Program-made: the position numbers and the translations under genes
The notes under the pieces: model-generated
What the model was told of the DNA's origin: nothing
Seen by the model: only the letters and a program-made list of their open reading frames with translations
Database searches by the model: none
Assembly (NCBI GenBank): GCA_010909165.1
Contig: VJWM01000119.1
Span: 558,001-622,000 of the forward strand
Length of the DNA stretch: 64,000 bases
DNA from: Anthoceros angustus
Lineage: Eukaryota > Plantae > Anthocerotophyta
Direction of reading: 5' to 3'
Shown: positions 13,323 through 24,604 of the stretch, piece by piece
Layout of the letters: every line of letters begins with the position of its first letter
Numbering within the stretch: the stretch's first letter is position 1

Positions 13323-16300
13323 ATGGAGGCGGAGGAGGCCAGAGCTACTACTGTTATGACAGTGTTCAGCGACCACTCGAGGATAGCACATTGGGACAAC
13401 ATTCGGGCTATGGGGCAGAAATTGACGGATGACGGTGGAAGGCTCCGAGAGCTGACGGAGGGCAGTCTGGACGGTAAGATTGGCGCGGATAAGGAGAGGG
13501 ATAGGGACCAGGAGCGCGACAGGCAGGCGGATGAAATGCCGGGCGGGGCGGACAAGGATGAGGCGCCCGGGCATGCGGATGACAAGGAGAGGCATGCGGA
13601 GAAGGAGGCTGACAAGAACGAGCGTCCCAAGGAGAAGCACAAGGACGCGGGGAAGGAGAAGAGCAAGGAGAGGAGCTTGAAGCGGGACAGGGAGGAGCGG
13701 GATGCTCCCGGGCCTGCAGACGGGAACGGGGTAATTGAAGAATATGAGGGTGAAAGAAAGCGGGGGAGGGAGGCGGAGGAGCGCAAGGCTGTGGACGAGA
13801 AGAAGCACCACAAGGAGCATAAGGAGAGCAGGGAGCACAAGGAGGAGATCGGTCATGACGGCGAGGAGCGGGAGCCAATTGCCAACACCGGCATCCAGCA
13901 GAAGAGGAGGATGCGAGCGCGGCAATCTCAGCAAGCTGCAACCGCTTCACGATCGCGCCTTCGGACTAAAGATCTTGACGGGTAGGTGCTCCTCACCTGA
14001 ACACACTCTTTTGCGGTAGTTACCACGTCTCTGTAAGCGGGTCCTGGCCAGGGTAAGGCCAGGCGCCTGCATCAGTCGCTGCCGTCCTAGGTAGGTCATT
14101 TTGCCACTTCATCGTCTCGCTTATCGGGTGCAGTTTGTGCAAGTTCCGTTGCTGCACTGTATTGAGTCGCTGTGGTGGGGGTGTTTGTGTTGCAGGTCGT
14201 CGCAAGGTGTGTATCGAGAGCTCCGAGCTTCCAGTCTCTTCTTTTTTTCTTTTTCTGTTTTGAGCAGGCAGCCTGTGGCTTTCTGCGGGTCGTTTTACTG
14301 CTTAGCGCTTACGCTGCCTGGTTTGGGTGCAGCTCGTCAGGAAACCTCAGCTATTGTTTATAAGGTTGGAGAAGGATTGCCCGAGCTTGAAAGACTGCGA
14401 TCTGATTACCAGGCTAGCCTTGCTGTCAGAAGCGGTGACAGCTCAAGCCTTGGTCCAACCGTTGAAATCCGCATTGCTCCAGAGCTGGCTACTACGTCCA
14501 ACAAGCAGGTACAGACGCATGCATTGTTGGGTTTTTGTGCAATGTTGTACTTTTGTTGGAAGCACCATTTCGGATGGGTGACCGTTGTTGTCGATTACGG
14601 TTGGGGTGACTTTCTCTGCTTCTTGTAAGATGACTACGGCTGGTATGACACATGCTTTGTTTCACCTGTCAGGTGCGAGGAAGCCAGCTGTGGGGAACAG
14701 ATATTTACACTGATGACTCGGACATTGTTGCAGGTAGTGATGTAAAAAAAACCCTAAGCTCACTAACCATGAGACCTTTTGTTAGCCAACAGAGTTGTTT
14801 TTGTCTGGAAGTGTCCTCGTAGCTTGTAGTCTCTTTCTTGCCCACCTTTCTGTTGGTCCTCTTCGGGTCCTTTTTAAGTTGTGGATGATGTTGGGCTTGA
14901 CAGTTCTCATGCATACGGGGTACTATACCCCAGTTGCCAGTCCTCCCCCTCCATCCTTCACGGAGTTGCGAGCTACTATCCGCGTTCTTCCTCCTCAAGA
15001 CTGTAAGAAGTCGTCACCTTTTTTATTTTCATTTCTGGATTACAAACTGTTGTTGGGTGGATTAGGATGGGCTGCTGAGCTTTATTGGGATGAATGGAAG
15101 CATGCAAAGTTGGGTGGGACTGAAGGATAGCTTGTTTTTGCAGGCTACATTTCTACTTTGAGGAACTGCCTCAGATCTCGAGCTTGGGGTGCTGCAAGTA
15201 TGTGCAGCTACAAGGTTGAAGGATGCCGTGCTTTAAAGGTAAACAGTCCAATACCGCATAGCGTAGACAATGTATCTCGATTAACTCTCAACGGTCATGA
15301 TGGTCAATCAAGAAGGAGATGTCACATCAAAGGGTCTCATATTTTCCATGGTTTTTTTTGCAGGCTGCAGGTGAGTTTACAGATCTATCACCCTGCTTAA
15401 CTCGTCTTCCTGCTGCTGCACCTACACTGTCAATTGCAGCCACAGAACGGACAGTCACAACAAGAGCGTCCTCTGTAAGATTTCTGCTAAGACAGGGTTT
15501 CCCTATGCGCCAAAATAAAGCAGTGCAAATAGCTCAGTTGAGGCTGTGCTTGTAGATGGTATTTTGATTTGATCTCTCTTTATCATCATGTTGCTAAGCT
15601 CGTAATGTGTTGGCCTACCATCCAGAGCTCGTATCGACAACAAAGATACATACAAGAGGTTACTGTTCAGTACAACCTCCTTAATGAGCCCTGGTATGTG
15701 CCTCTGTCCCAAACTGGATGTCACTTGAGTCCTGGTTGAAAGGTTTGTCAGATCTATGGCTGAACTATTTTGTGATCCAGGTTAAAGTACAACATGAACT
15801 ACGTGGCAGATAAGGGCTTAAAAAATTCGATGTTCACGTCTGCGCGACTGAAGAAAGGAGAGGTGCTCTATGTCGAGACTCGTTCACATAGGTAAGAGAT
15901 GTATGCCAGAGCTTTGTCAGTCCCAAATAGATCTGGTCGTTATCAGAGGCGAGGGAATGGTGGGGCTTGATATCTGAATGACATCTGAGTGTGCACGAGT
16001 TAACACAAGCTTTTGCTGTAGGTTTGAGTTATCGTACGAGGGTGATAGCACGACAGGTGTGATTACTGCACCGTCTGGGCAACCTGCCCATGACAAGGGG
16101 AAAGAAAAGGGGCATGAGAAGCACGAGAAACTCAACGGGGAAGCCCATCATGAACTTTACAAATGGGCAAAATGCAAGACTTGCTTGCCTCTGAACGTTA
16201 TGATGGCCATGGGACTGCCACTTCCTTCGGCTTACGTCGAGGTGAGAAAGTGATTGTTGTCAATGCAGCAGCGTGAAACTGTGGCATATCTCTAAGCTTC

Positions 16301-16438
16301 TCTGTGTTGGTTGGCTAGGTTTTGCATGATGGCTTGCGTTGGGAGGAAGTTCAGTGGTCCCAAACAAGCGTCTGGGTGCGAGAAAAGGAATATGTACTCG
16401 CTAGGGCCCAATTCTTGTCCTCCAAGAACAAAAACTAA
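13323..16438 (+). CDS. HDC1: Histone deacetylation complex 1 / RXT3-like protein, multi-exon
   Basis: K/E/R-rich first exon, then exons reading LGPTVEIRIAPELATTSNKQ, VRGSQLWGTDIYTDDSDIVA, VLMHTGY, YISTLRNCLRSRAWGAA, RQQRYIQEVTVQYNLLNEPW, VADKGLK..FTSARLKKGEVLYVET and WEEVQWSQTSVWV..KEYVLARAQFLS*, all bounded by GT-AG. Start codon inferred. Confidence 0.88.
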
Positions 16439-16721
16439 GTACCTAACCCTTGCCAAGAGCCTGTTCTTTTGCCCACATTTTCGAGCAAATCCTTTGTGTG
16501 GGCTCAAGAACATCTTCTTCCTCAGCTTCTGGCTTCTTCTCATCAGTCCACCCCCTGAACACCTACTCCCAAATGGGATCATTTATATAAGATGTAGCAG
16601 CCCCCTTCATTAGTTCTCGCCCGATGCCCGCAAAGACCAGGTTTGGCTGCATTGCATCGACGCAGTCACTCAAGCGTACGTACGTATTTGTTTGTGCGCA
16701 AAGAGACGGTAGAAGCGGAGA

Positions 16722-18378
16722 TTATGTGACGAGCTCTCGTCTGTTGCACAATGCGGTAGATATACACGAGCTTGGCGAGACGACCAAATTGTAAGAGATG
16801 GAAAGGAATTCCTCGGCTATAGAAGGATGTATCCCAACAGTCTGGTCGAAATCTGGCTTGCGAGCGCCCAGGCAGACCATGTCCACCCACTACCGCCCAC
16901 CATATGCACGCCCACCACTCTGTCCGAGCTACCATCCACCACCAGCTTGATCATCGCCTTGTCGTCGCGATCCGACAGGCTGTCCTCCAGCGGGCTCACC
17001 CTGTTGGTGTAGAAGCGCACATTCTTCCCGAAACTGGCGAGGACCTCGGCGTCCCCGAGCCCAACAGTGACGGCCTCCGGGTACCAGCTCACCGCGGCCG
17101 GGATCGCCTCCACTCGCACACCAGAGACAGCGGTCGAGGGCGACCCCGAATCCTGCTGCTCCCCGTCCTGGCCCGCGAACTGGTCGTCCGCGAAGGCCGG
17201 CCCTGCGCCACAGCCAGGGGCGTGAACTGCATCCACCTGGGTTGCATGCAGTCGCCCAGCGCGAAGATGTTGCCCTGCGACGTCGGGCTGTGGTCGTCCA
17301 CGGTGACGCAGCAGCGCGACACCCCCACCCCTGCCGCCTCCAGACCCAGGCCCCCGATGTTGGGCAGCCGCAGCATCCCGTCCAGGACGGTGTCCACCCG
17401 CAGCGTCCTGCGCTGCTCCTCCTCCTGAAGCTCGCCACCGCCCACCGAACCCACCACTACCTCCAGAAGCCTGCATCCCCCGTCCTCCTCAACCTCCCGG
17501 ATCTCCTCCGCCTTGCACCTGTTCAAGACGGTGATGCCGCGCTTGGTGATGCCGTCCGCGACGCCCTGGCAGAGGTCCTGGTCGAAGGTGGCCAGCACGC
17601 TCCCCTCCTGCACGACGTGGGTCACCCTGGCGCCCAGGTTGTGCATGATCCAACCCAGCTTGACGGCGATGTAGTCCCCGCCCATGACCGCCATCTCCCG
17701 CGGCTGCTACGCTAGGGAGAAGAGCTCGCTGGAGGTAACTGCCCGGGATCACGTCGTGGGGCACCGGGCTGGCGCCCACGGCGATGAGGATGGTGTCGGC
17801 AGTCACCTCCGAGCCGCCCACCTCCACCGTGTGGGCGTTGATGAAGGTGGCCCGACCCCGGAGCAGCTCTACTCCTGCCTTCTCCAGCGCCTGCCAGTGC
17901 ACCTGGCTCAGCCGGCGAGTCTCCTGCTCTTTGGCCGCGGCCAGTCGGACTTCAGACTGCAGTCCTCCTGCACCTGGCTCCACCCGTAGCTCACTGCATC
18001 CCGGCATGCTTCAGGGAACTTGGCTGCGAACGTCATGAGCTTCTCAGGGACGCATCCCCGCATCACGCACGTCCCTCCTACTGACTCCTGCTCCGCCAAG
18101 GCCACCCTGTAGCCTCGCCTCACTACCCGCTTGGCTGCAGCCAGGCCTCCCTGGCCCCCACCCACCACCAGCAGGTGGTATTTGTACTGAGCATGGACGG
18201 CTGGCCTCGCCGTCGACACCTTGGAGCCCATCGTCACCAAAAGCTGTCGCAAGAAAGCTCCCGCCTCCTGCTTGATTTGGACTGCGAGCCAAGACTGGTC
18301 CAAAATCACAGCAGCCAATGCCCAAAACAACCACTTACACAGATTGTAAGAAATCCACCAAGCCACCACGGAGGACAT
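16722..18378 (-). pseudogene. gor: Intronless bacterial/cyanobacterial-type glutathione-disulfide reductase with several frameshifts
   Basis: FAD motif VVGGGQGG, redox motif GGTCVMRGCVPEK, RRLSQVHWQALEKAGVELLRGRATF..HTVEV..VTADTILIAVG, TSQGNIFALGD, TPLAVAQGR, IKLVVDGSSDRVVGVHMVG, and in another frame DFDQTVGIHPSIAEEF. Spread over ORFs 17908-18378, 17489-18007, 17089-17694 and 16817-17476. Confidence 0.85.
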
Positions 18379-18617
18379 GGAATCAGGTCGGAACTAAAGC
18401 GGAGAGGCACATACTGCAGTCCACGTCTTCAGACTTCCCCCGGAGACAAGTGTCCGAAGACAAGTCAGGTCAGTGACTGAAATTCACTTTTTATTACAAA
18501 GCTTGAAACATTCGAAATTTCACTTGGAAAGCTTCTAGCCAGCATGTTCTGGTCGGACTGCATCCAGTAGACGCGCCAGCCCAAAAAATTGGGTATACGT
18601 AGGTACTTGTTTAAACA

Positions 18618-20763
18618 CTACACCACAAAGTCTGCGTCGTTCACCTCCATTATTCTGTGGATGCCAATGGGTTTAGCGTAGGTCGAAAATCGGTTTCCCT
18701 CAATGTACCTGCGCAGTGAAACGCTCAGTATGAGGTCGGGCCACAAGTAACTGAGATACAAAACGACACACGAGTAGTCTGTACTCACATTTCCCTCAGC
18801 ATTGGGTGGGAATAGAAAGCAGAATCTAGCCGCCCAGATAAGGCGTTGTCGTTCAGGTACCTGGAAAGGGGTATGTTTATCAGCCATGAAAGAGTGAGCC
18901 CGGTGCGTTTGTCAACCAGCACTGGAACGAGCGATCACTTACAGGTACGTGAGGCGAGGTAGACTAGCCAATGCGGCAGGCACTGGTCCGACTAGCTTGT
19001 TGGAAGAAAGATATCTGGCAGAAACGGAAAACAGTTAGTACTCGCTGGTGTTGCCTAAGAGATATTGTCTAAGATAGAAATTTACATAATCTCTAGGTTC
19101 TTGAGATTTGCAAGTTGGTCGGGAATTCCTCCTGTGAACCAGTTGTCATTTATGTACCTGAAAGCAAGTTGAGAATTCCATAAGTCCAGACTAAATCTAA
19201 TGTTCCCTTCAAAAAGTCATATCGCAAAAGCAGGTTCCGTAAAAACTCACAGGTATCGCAGAGCCGGAAAGCAGCCCTCCTCGGCAATAAGTTCTCTGAT
19301 TGTACCTACGAGATGGTTGTTACTAACATCCCTACAGAACAGAGGTTACGTGAGCTCGGTGATTCCACATCGAAGAAGTCAGAGATGAGCATGTCACCTG
19401 CTACTGGAAAAAACCAGCAGTTGCAAGGTGCGTCATGGCTTACAAATGTTTCAGGAGAGGTAGCCTCCCCAGCTCCGTGGGGATTTGACCGCTGAGCTTG
19501 TTTTCATGCAGCCAGAGATACTCTAGATTTGTCAGCTTCCCAAGCTCCGGGGGGATCGGTCCCTTCAGATTGTTGAAGCTTAGGAAACTGCACATCCGAG
19601 CAACTTAACTTAGACCCAGGGCCTGGTAGGATGTCACAATAAAGAAAATGCCGACACTACTCATTCCAATCACTCACAGGTTTTTCAAATTGGTTAGCTC
19701 TCCAATCTGAGGTGGGATTCCATCCTGCAACTTGTTCATCCTCAAGTTCCTGGATGGAAGAACGGCGATTGAAAGTCATCAATAAGCAAAGACGACATCC
19801 TGAAATTTAGGTCCAAAAACAGAATGTAGTGAAAATTCTTTAGAGGCAAGCTCACAATCGAGGCAAGCCTCCACGTTGATCCACCATGACTACTATGTGC
19901 CCCTATGACAAGGCTCATGCAAGACTGTATTAACTCGAAGAGCCAGAGTTGAGGCAACACAACAAAAGAGGTCCCTTGCACTAAGAGAGGGTCTCAAATC
20001 CTTTCAAAGATGGGAGAAGTACTCACAGGGTTTCCAATTGCTTCAATTGCCCAATCTGCGGTGGAATAGGACCAGTAAGTTTGTTTCCATGGAGATCCCT
20101 GTCGCACAAAAAAAAGAAGTTCCTCTCAAACCTGGATACCCCAGCTTGGCGACCAAAAAGCAATGCACCAAAAGAAGAGGCGCGGAGACTCACAGTCTCT
20201 TCAGATCCAGGAGATTAGTCACCGCCACCGGAAACGCGCCCCATATTGCTGCCTGAATCAGCTCCCTGGAGCAGAGATGCATGCATCAGAACCCCCTGGC
20301 TCTCCCGATCTGCGAGTCTGCATTGCCCGCAAGTCCATCCACATGTCCAGAAAACTCACAACTCGACAACCACGCGACGGAAACCCGGCTTTGCTGGGGA
20401 ACAAGTTACCCCGGCCCACGGGGCAACGTCATCATCGCCGCAAGGATCACTATTCACAAGCCAAGCAGCTGACACTTTCCAGCCAACCGACGCCTTGATG
20501 GCATTCAGCGCCTTGACTGCAACAACGAGCACGCGGAGAAAAAATGTGAGAAGACCAAAGACCTAATTTCCACCCGTCGCCACTATCACTAGATCCGATC
20601 CGCCCTCAGCTGCCAGACGAAGATCCACAAGGCAGAAGCGATGAAGACGATGGTCATGGTCCTTACTGTCACGCTTGAGAGTCTTGCCGAGGCAGCTGGA
20701 AGCGGAAGACAGGAGCAGCAGAGCCAGCAGCAGCTGGGGAAGGCATCCGCCAACACCGGCCAT
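18618..20763 (-). CDS. Secreted leucine-rich repeat protein (At5g61240-type), multi-exon
   Basis: Signal peptide plus KTLKRD|[13 protein letters not shown]...DPCGD...PWAGVTC, short LRR exons, and C-terminal YIEGNRF...[17 protein letters not shown] typical of this family. Confidence 0.85.
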
Positions 20764-21903
20764 GGCCAGATGCGCTTTTTCTGTGCTCCGATCTCACCGC
20801 ATTGTCTGCCTTCGAGCCACGCATCCAGCCGTGGCCGCTCGCTCAGCATGCACTCTACTTCGCTCCGCTTCCTAACACGCACACCGTGCGTTCCAACAAC
20901 AACTTATTAGGTCCTACTGCAGTCAAGACTCGAGGTCACAGCGGGACCGGCTGTATCCGGTCACCTGACGGGTTGCCACATTCATGGCCTTTCATGCCCG
21001 GGGCCGAGAATGTGTTTCCTTGTAGATCTCCGTCTCCTCCTCCTTTGCAATGCTCGCTTCTCTTCACGCTCAAAATATTCTTGTGCGTGTTTTCACTCCT
21101 CGTGTGCTGCCGCCTGGTGCGAGCTCTTCCGGTAGCCTTTTGCAACCATAGCAGAAATGAGTGCAAGAATGTGCTTCCTGATGCTTTTGTGTTGCTGTTC
21201 TGCTGCATGGCTCTTGCTGGCTGACATGTGAAATTTGAGGTTATTTGGGGAGCATTTGGTAGAGCTCCTGAGGTTCTCTTTCTTGTTTCTTGTGGATTCC
21301 TCGGGGTTTTACTAAATCTTTCTGAAATATACCGTATGAGGAGACGATTCAGGACACCAGGAACCGGATATGCGTGATGTTAATCCTTTGTCGTCTTTCC
21401 AGTTGCCATTTCTTGCGAGTTGATCGCAACTGTTTTTTCTGCCGACTTTGGCTGCTACCGTATTTAAGCGGGGTCTTGGTCGCAAGGTTCTTTTGATATG
21501 AACGGCTTTCTTCATCTTGAATGCCTGGAAAGGCGAACTGAGTGGTCGTGAGATTGACGTCAGTCGTTTGGCCTTCTTGTTCCAAACGCTGCCTGTGAAA
21601 CTTGGGCAGGTGGTTCACCTTTGTCTGGCAGCCCTCTGTTCCTAAGATTTTTTTTTTATTCGCTGGTGCTTGTAGGTCTCAGCAGCTCTGTTTAGGTCTG
21701 GATGGCGATAGGCGGAGATGCGGGAGATTGCAAGGACTAGTTGAACTCAGTCTCCCTTTTCAAAAATCCGACTCTTGCAGGATAGGGAACTGATCGAAGC
21801 GAGCGCTTTTGAGTATCAAGTTTCGTCTGAGCTAAGAGCAACAGGAAGAGGCATCGAGTATCGATCTTGTAGAAGGCAAGTTGGTGAAAGGAGACAGCTG
21901 GCG

Positions 21904-24408
21904 ATGTCTGCATTAGTCTGTGGCAAGCGTTCGTTTCTGGAGGACACGGCGTATGGGGCTCCACCCTGTGCAAAGCGGATGCGCTATGGGAACTTACCCG
22001 CTCGATTCTCAGGCGAGACTGTGACTGGTTTCGACGAGGAAGCTACAGTGTCATGTGATCAACCCTTGGTGAATGGCTCGAAGGAGCAACTTCTTGCTCA
22101 TTTGAAGGGGCTCTTCCCGACCATGGATGGACAGGTAGCGTATACTTCTCGTGTGCAGTTGGTCTCCCTAAAGTGAGAAGCCTTGCATTTGGAGGGTTGT
22201 ATTCCATTGTTTTTTCAATCGCCAGCTGAATTCAGAATATTGTCTGCTTGGTGAGCTCGACTGAAATATCGATGTCAGCATTGTAATAGATTGGGTTGAC
22301 ACCAAGCATCACCAGCAATTGGTGAGTTGGCACATGCAGTCAGTAATTGAAGTATTTGGCTGGTTTACATGGCAACCCAGCTCCTGGAGGGAGTCCTAAG
22401 GTCTTCTGGCTACGACATACGAACTGCTGTTGACAGACTCAGCATTCTGTCATCAGGCTCAGAGAGAAACCAGTCTCACATCGATACAGACTCCCCATCG
22501 ACCTCTCAAGATGGTAAGAGCGATTTGAGTATACGTGTCCCTCCAGTTTTTGGAGTTCCCAGTCATGCCTTCACAAGTTTTTGTTGCATCTTGCTACACA
22601 TAATCTGTGTTTGCTGCACGTTCGCGCATGGTGTCTTCCCTGTCATGGTCTTTTCGTACACAAGTCGAACTCAAGCCTCCTAAATCTTGCTGGCTTACAA
22701 ACTGTACAAACAGAAGGAAGGATTGGGCCGACTTGTTTATGAAGGAGATGCTGAGTGCATCTGACATGTCGGATGCAAGGGCGCAGCTAAACGGTTGCTT
22801 GAGGCTTTTGAGAAGGCCATGGCATCCCGGTCAGAGTCTGCAGCGGAGGCCCTTCAAAAGGTATGAAGGTGTAGGCAGCTCGTAAGTTGTCTGTTCCTCT
22901 TTCCCAACATACATGCAGGCTCTAACCATGAACCGATCACAGGAGAATTCAACAATGAAAGAGCAACTACATGTACTTTTGCGGGAAAATCATGTCTTAA
23001 AACGAGCTGTTGCAATACAACACGAAAGGCGTCAGGGTGAGCAAGAAAATGTGCGGCAGAAGTGGAGCATCTGAAGCAGCTGCTTTCTCACCAACAGGAG
23101 CATGTTCGAGCACTGGAGGTATTCTGAAGTTGTTGGCATAGAAATTCTGTTTGCTTCAGTGTCATGTGATCAACCCTTGGTGAATGGCTCGAAGGAGCAA
23201 CTTCTTGCTCATTTGAAGGGCTCTTCCGACCATGGATGGACAGGTAGCGTATACTTCTCGTGTGCAGTTGGTCTCCCTAAAGTGAGAAGCCTTGCATTTG
23301 GAGGGTTGTATTCCATTGTTTTTCAATCGCCAGCTGAATTCAGAATATTGTCTGCTTGGTGAGCTCGACTGAAATATCGATGTCAGCATTGTAATAGATT
23401 GGGTTGACACCAAGCATCACCAGCAATTGGTGAGTTGGCACATGCAGTCAGTAATTGAAGTATTTGGCTGGTTTACATGGCAACCCAGCTCCTGGAGGAG
23501 TCCTAAGGTCTTCTGGCTACGACATACGAACTGCTGTTGACAGACTCAGCATTCTGTCATCAGGCTCAGAGAGAAACCAGTCTCACATCGATACAGACTC
23601 CCCATCGACCTCTCAAGATGGTAAGAGCGATTTGAGTATACGTGTCCCTCCAGTTTTTGGAGTTCCCAGTCATGCCTTCACAAGTTTTTGTTGCATCTTG
23701 CTACACATAATCTGTGTTTGCTGCACGTTCGCGCATGGTGTCTTCCCTGTCATGGTCTTTTCGTACACAAGTCGAACTCAAGCCTCCTAAATCTTGCTGG
23801 CTTACAAACTGTACAAACAGAAGGAAGGGATTGGGCCGACTTGTTTATGAAGGAGATGCTGAGTGCATCTGACATGTCGGATGCAAGGGCGCGAGCTAAA
23901 CGGTTGCTTGAGGCTTTTGAGAAGGCCATGGCATCCCGGTCAGAGTCTGCAGCGGAGGCCCTTCAAAAGGTATGAAGGTGTAGGCAGCTCGTAAGTTGTC
24001 TGTTCCTCTTTCCCAACATACATGCAGGCTCTAACCATGAACCGATCACAGGAGAATTCAACAATGAAAGAGCAACTACATGTACTTTTGCGGGAAAATC
24101 ATGTCTTAAAACGAGCTGTTGCAATACAACACGAAAGGCGTCAGGGTGAGCAAGAAAAATGTGCGGCAGAAGTGGAGCATCTGAAGCAGCTGCTTTCTCA
24201 CCAACAGGAGCATGTTCGAGCACTGGAGGTATTCTGAAGTTGTTGGCATAGAGAAATTCTGTTTGCTTCAGTGTCATTGAGCACTTACGCTTACTGAGCT
24301 GTCTACGCTTTCACCTTGCAGTTGAACAACTATGCTCTCAATGTCCATTTGAGACAATTTCAAGTCGGAAACGCACTCATGGAGCGATTCCACCCGGATG
24401 TGTTCTAG
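21904..24408 (+). CDS. Ubiquitin-binding CUE domain protein (plant family), multi-exon, internally duplicated
   Basis: MSALVCGKRSFLED, LKGLFPTMDGQ|LLEGVL, WADLFMKEMLSASDMSDARARAKRLLEAFEK, ENHVLKRAVAIQHER, LNNYALNVHLRQ...RFHPDVF*. Confidence 0.85.
22046..24277. repeat. Near-perfect ~1.11 kb tandem duplication inside the CUE gene
   Basis: Units 22046-23156 and 23157-24268; CAGTGTCAT at all three boundaries (22046, 23157, 24269). Confidence 0.95.
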
Positions 24409-24604
24409 ATTGGCCATCGTCGTTCAGTTCCAACAATCCCTAAATAGGGCTTGGCAGCAACTTGCACGGTCGAGTACACAGATTTTGTTCCTGGAGTAGC
24501 TAAGCCATCGGGCAAGCATTGAATCGTCAAGTCAAGTCTACTCTTAATGTAAACCTCCCTCCTTTACCTCGACCCCATGTCCGTCATCGGTACGAGATGG
24601 TGAG

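Noticed and set aside
12987-13950. Long minus-strand ORFs (315, 196 and 180 aa)
   Set aside because: Antisense shadows of the low-complexity purine-rich HDC1 first exon.
16722-18378. Bacterial contamination or chimeric contig as the source of the gor-like gene
   Set aside because: It is a single gene with no bacterial neighbours, flanked closely by spliced plant genes and already decayed. Not fully excluded without reads.
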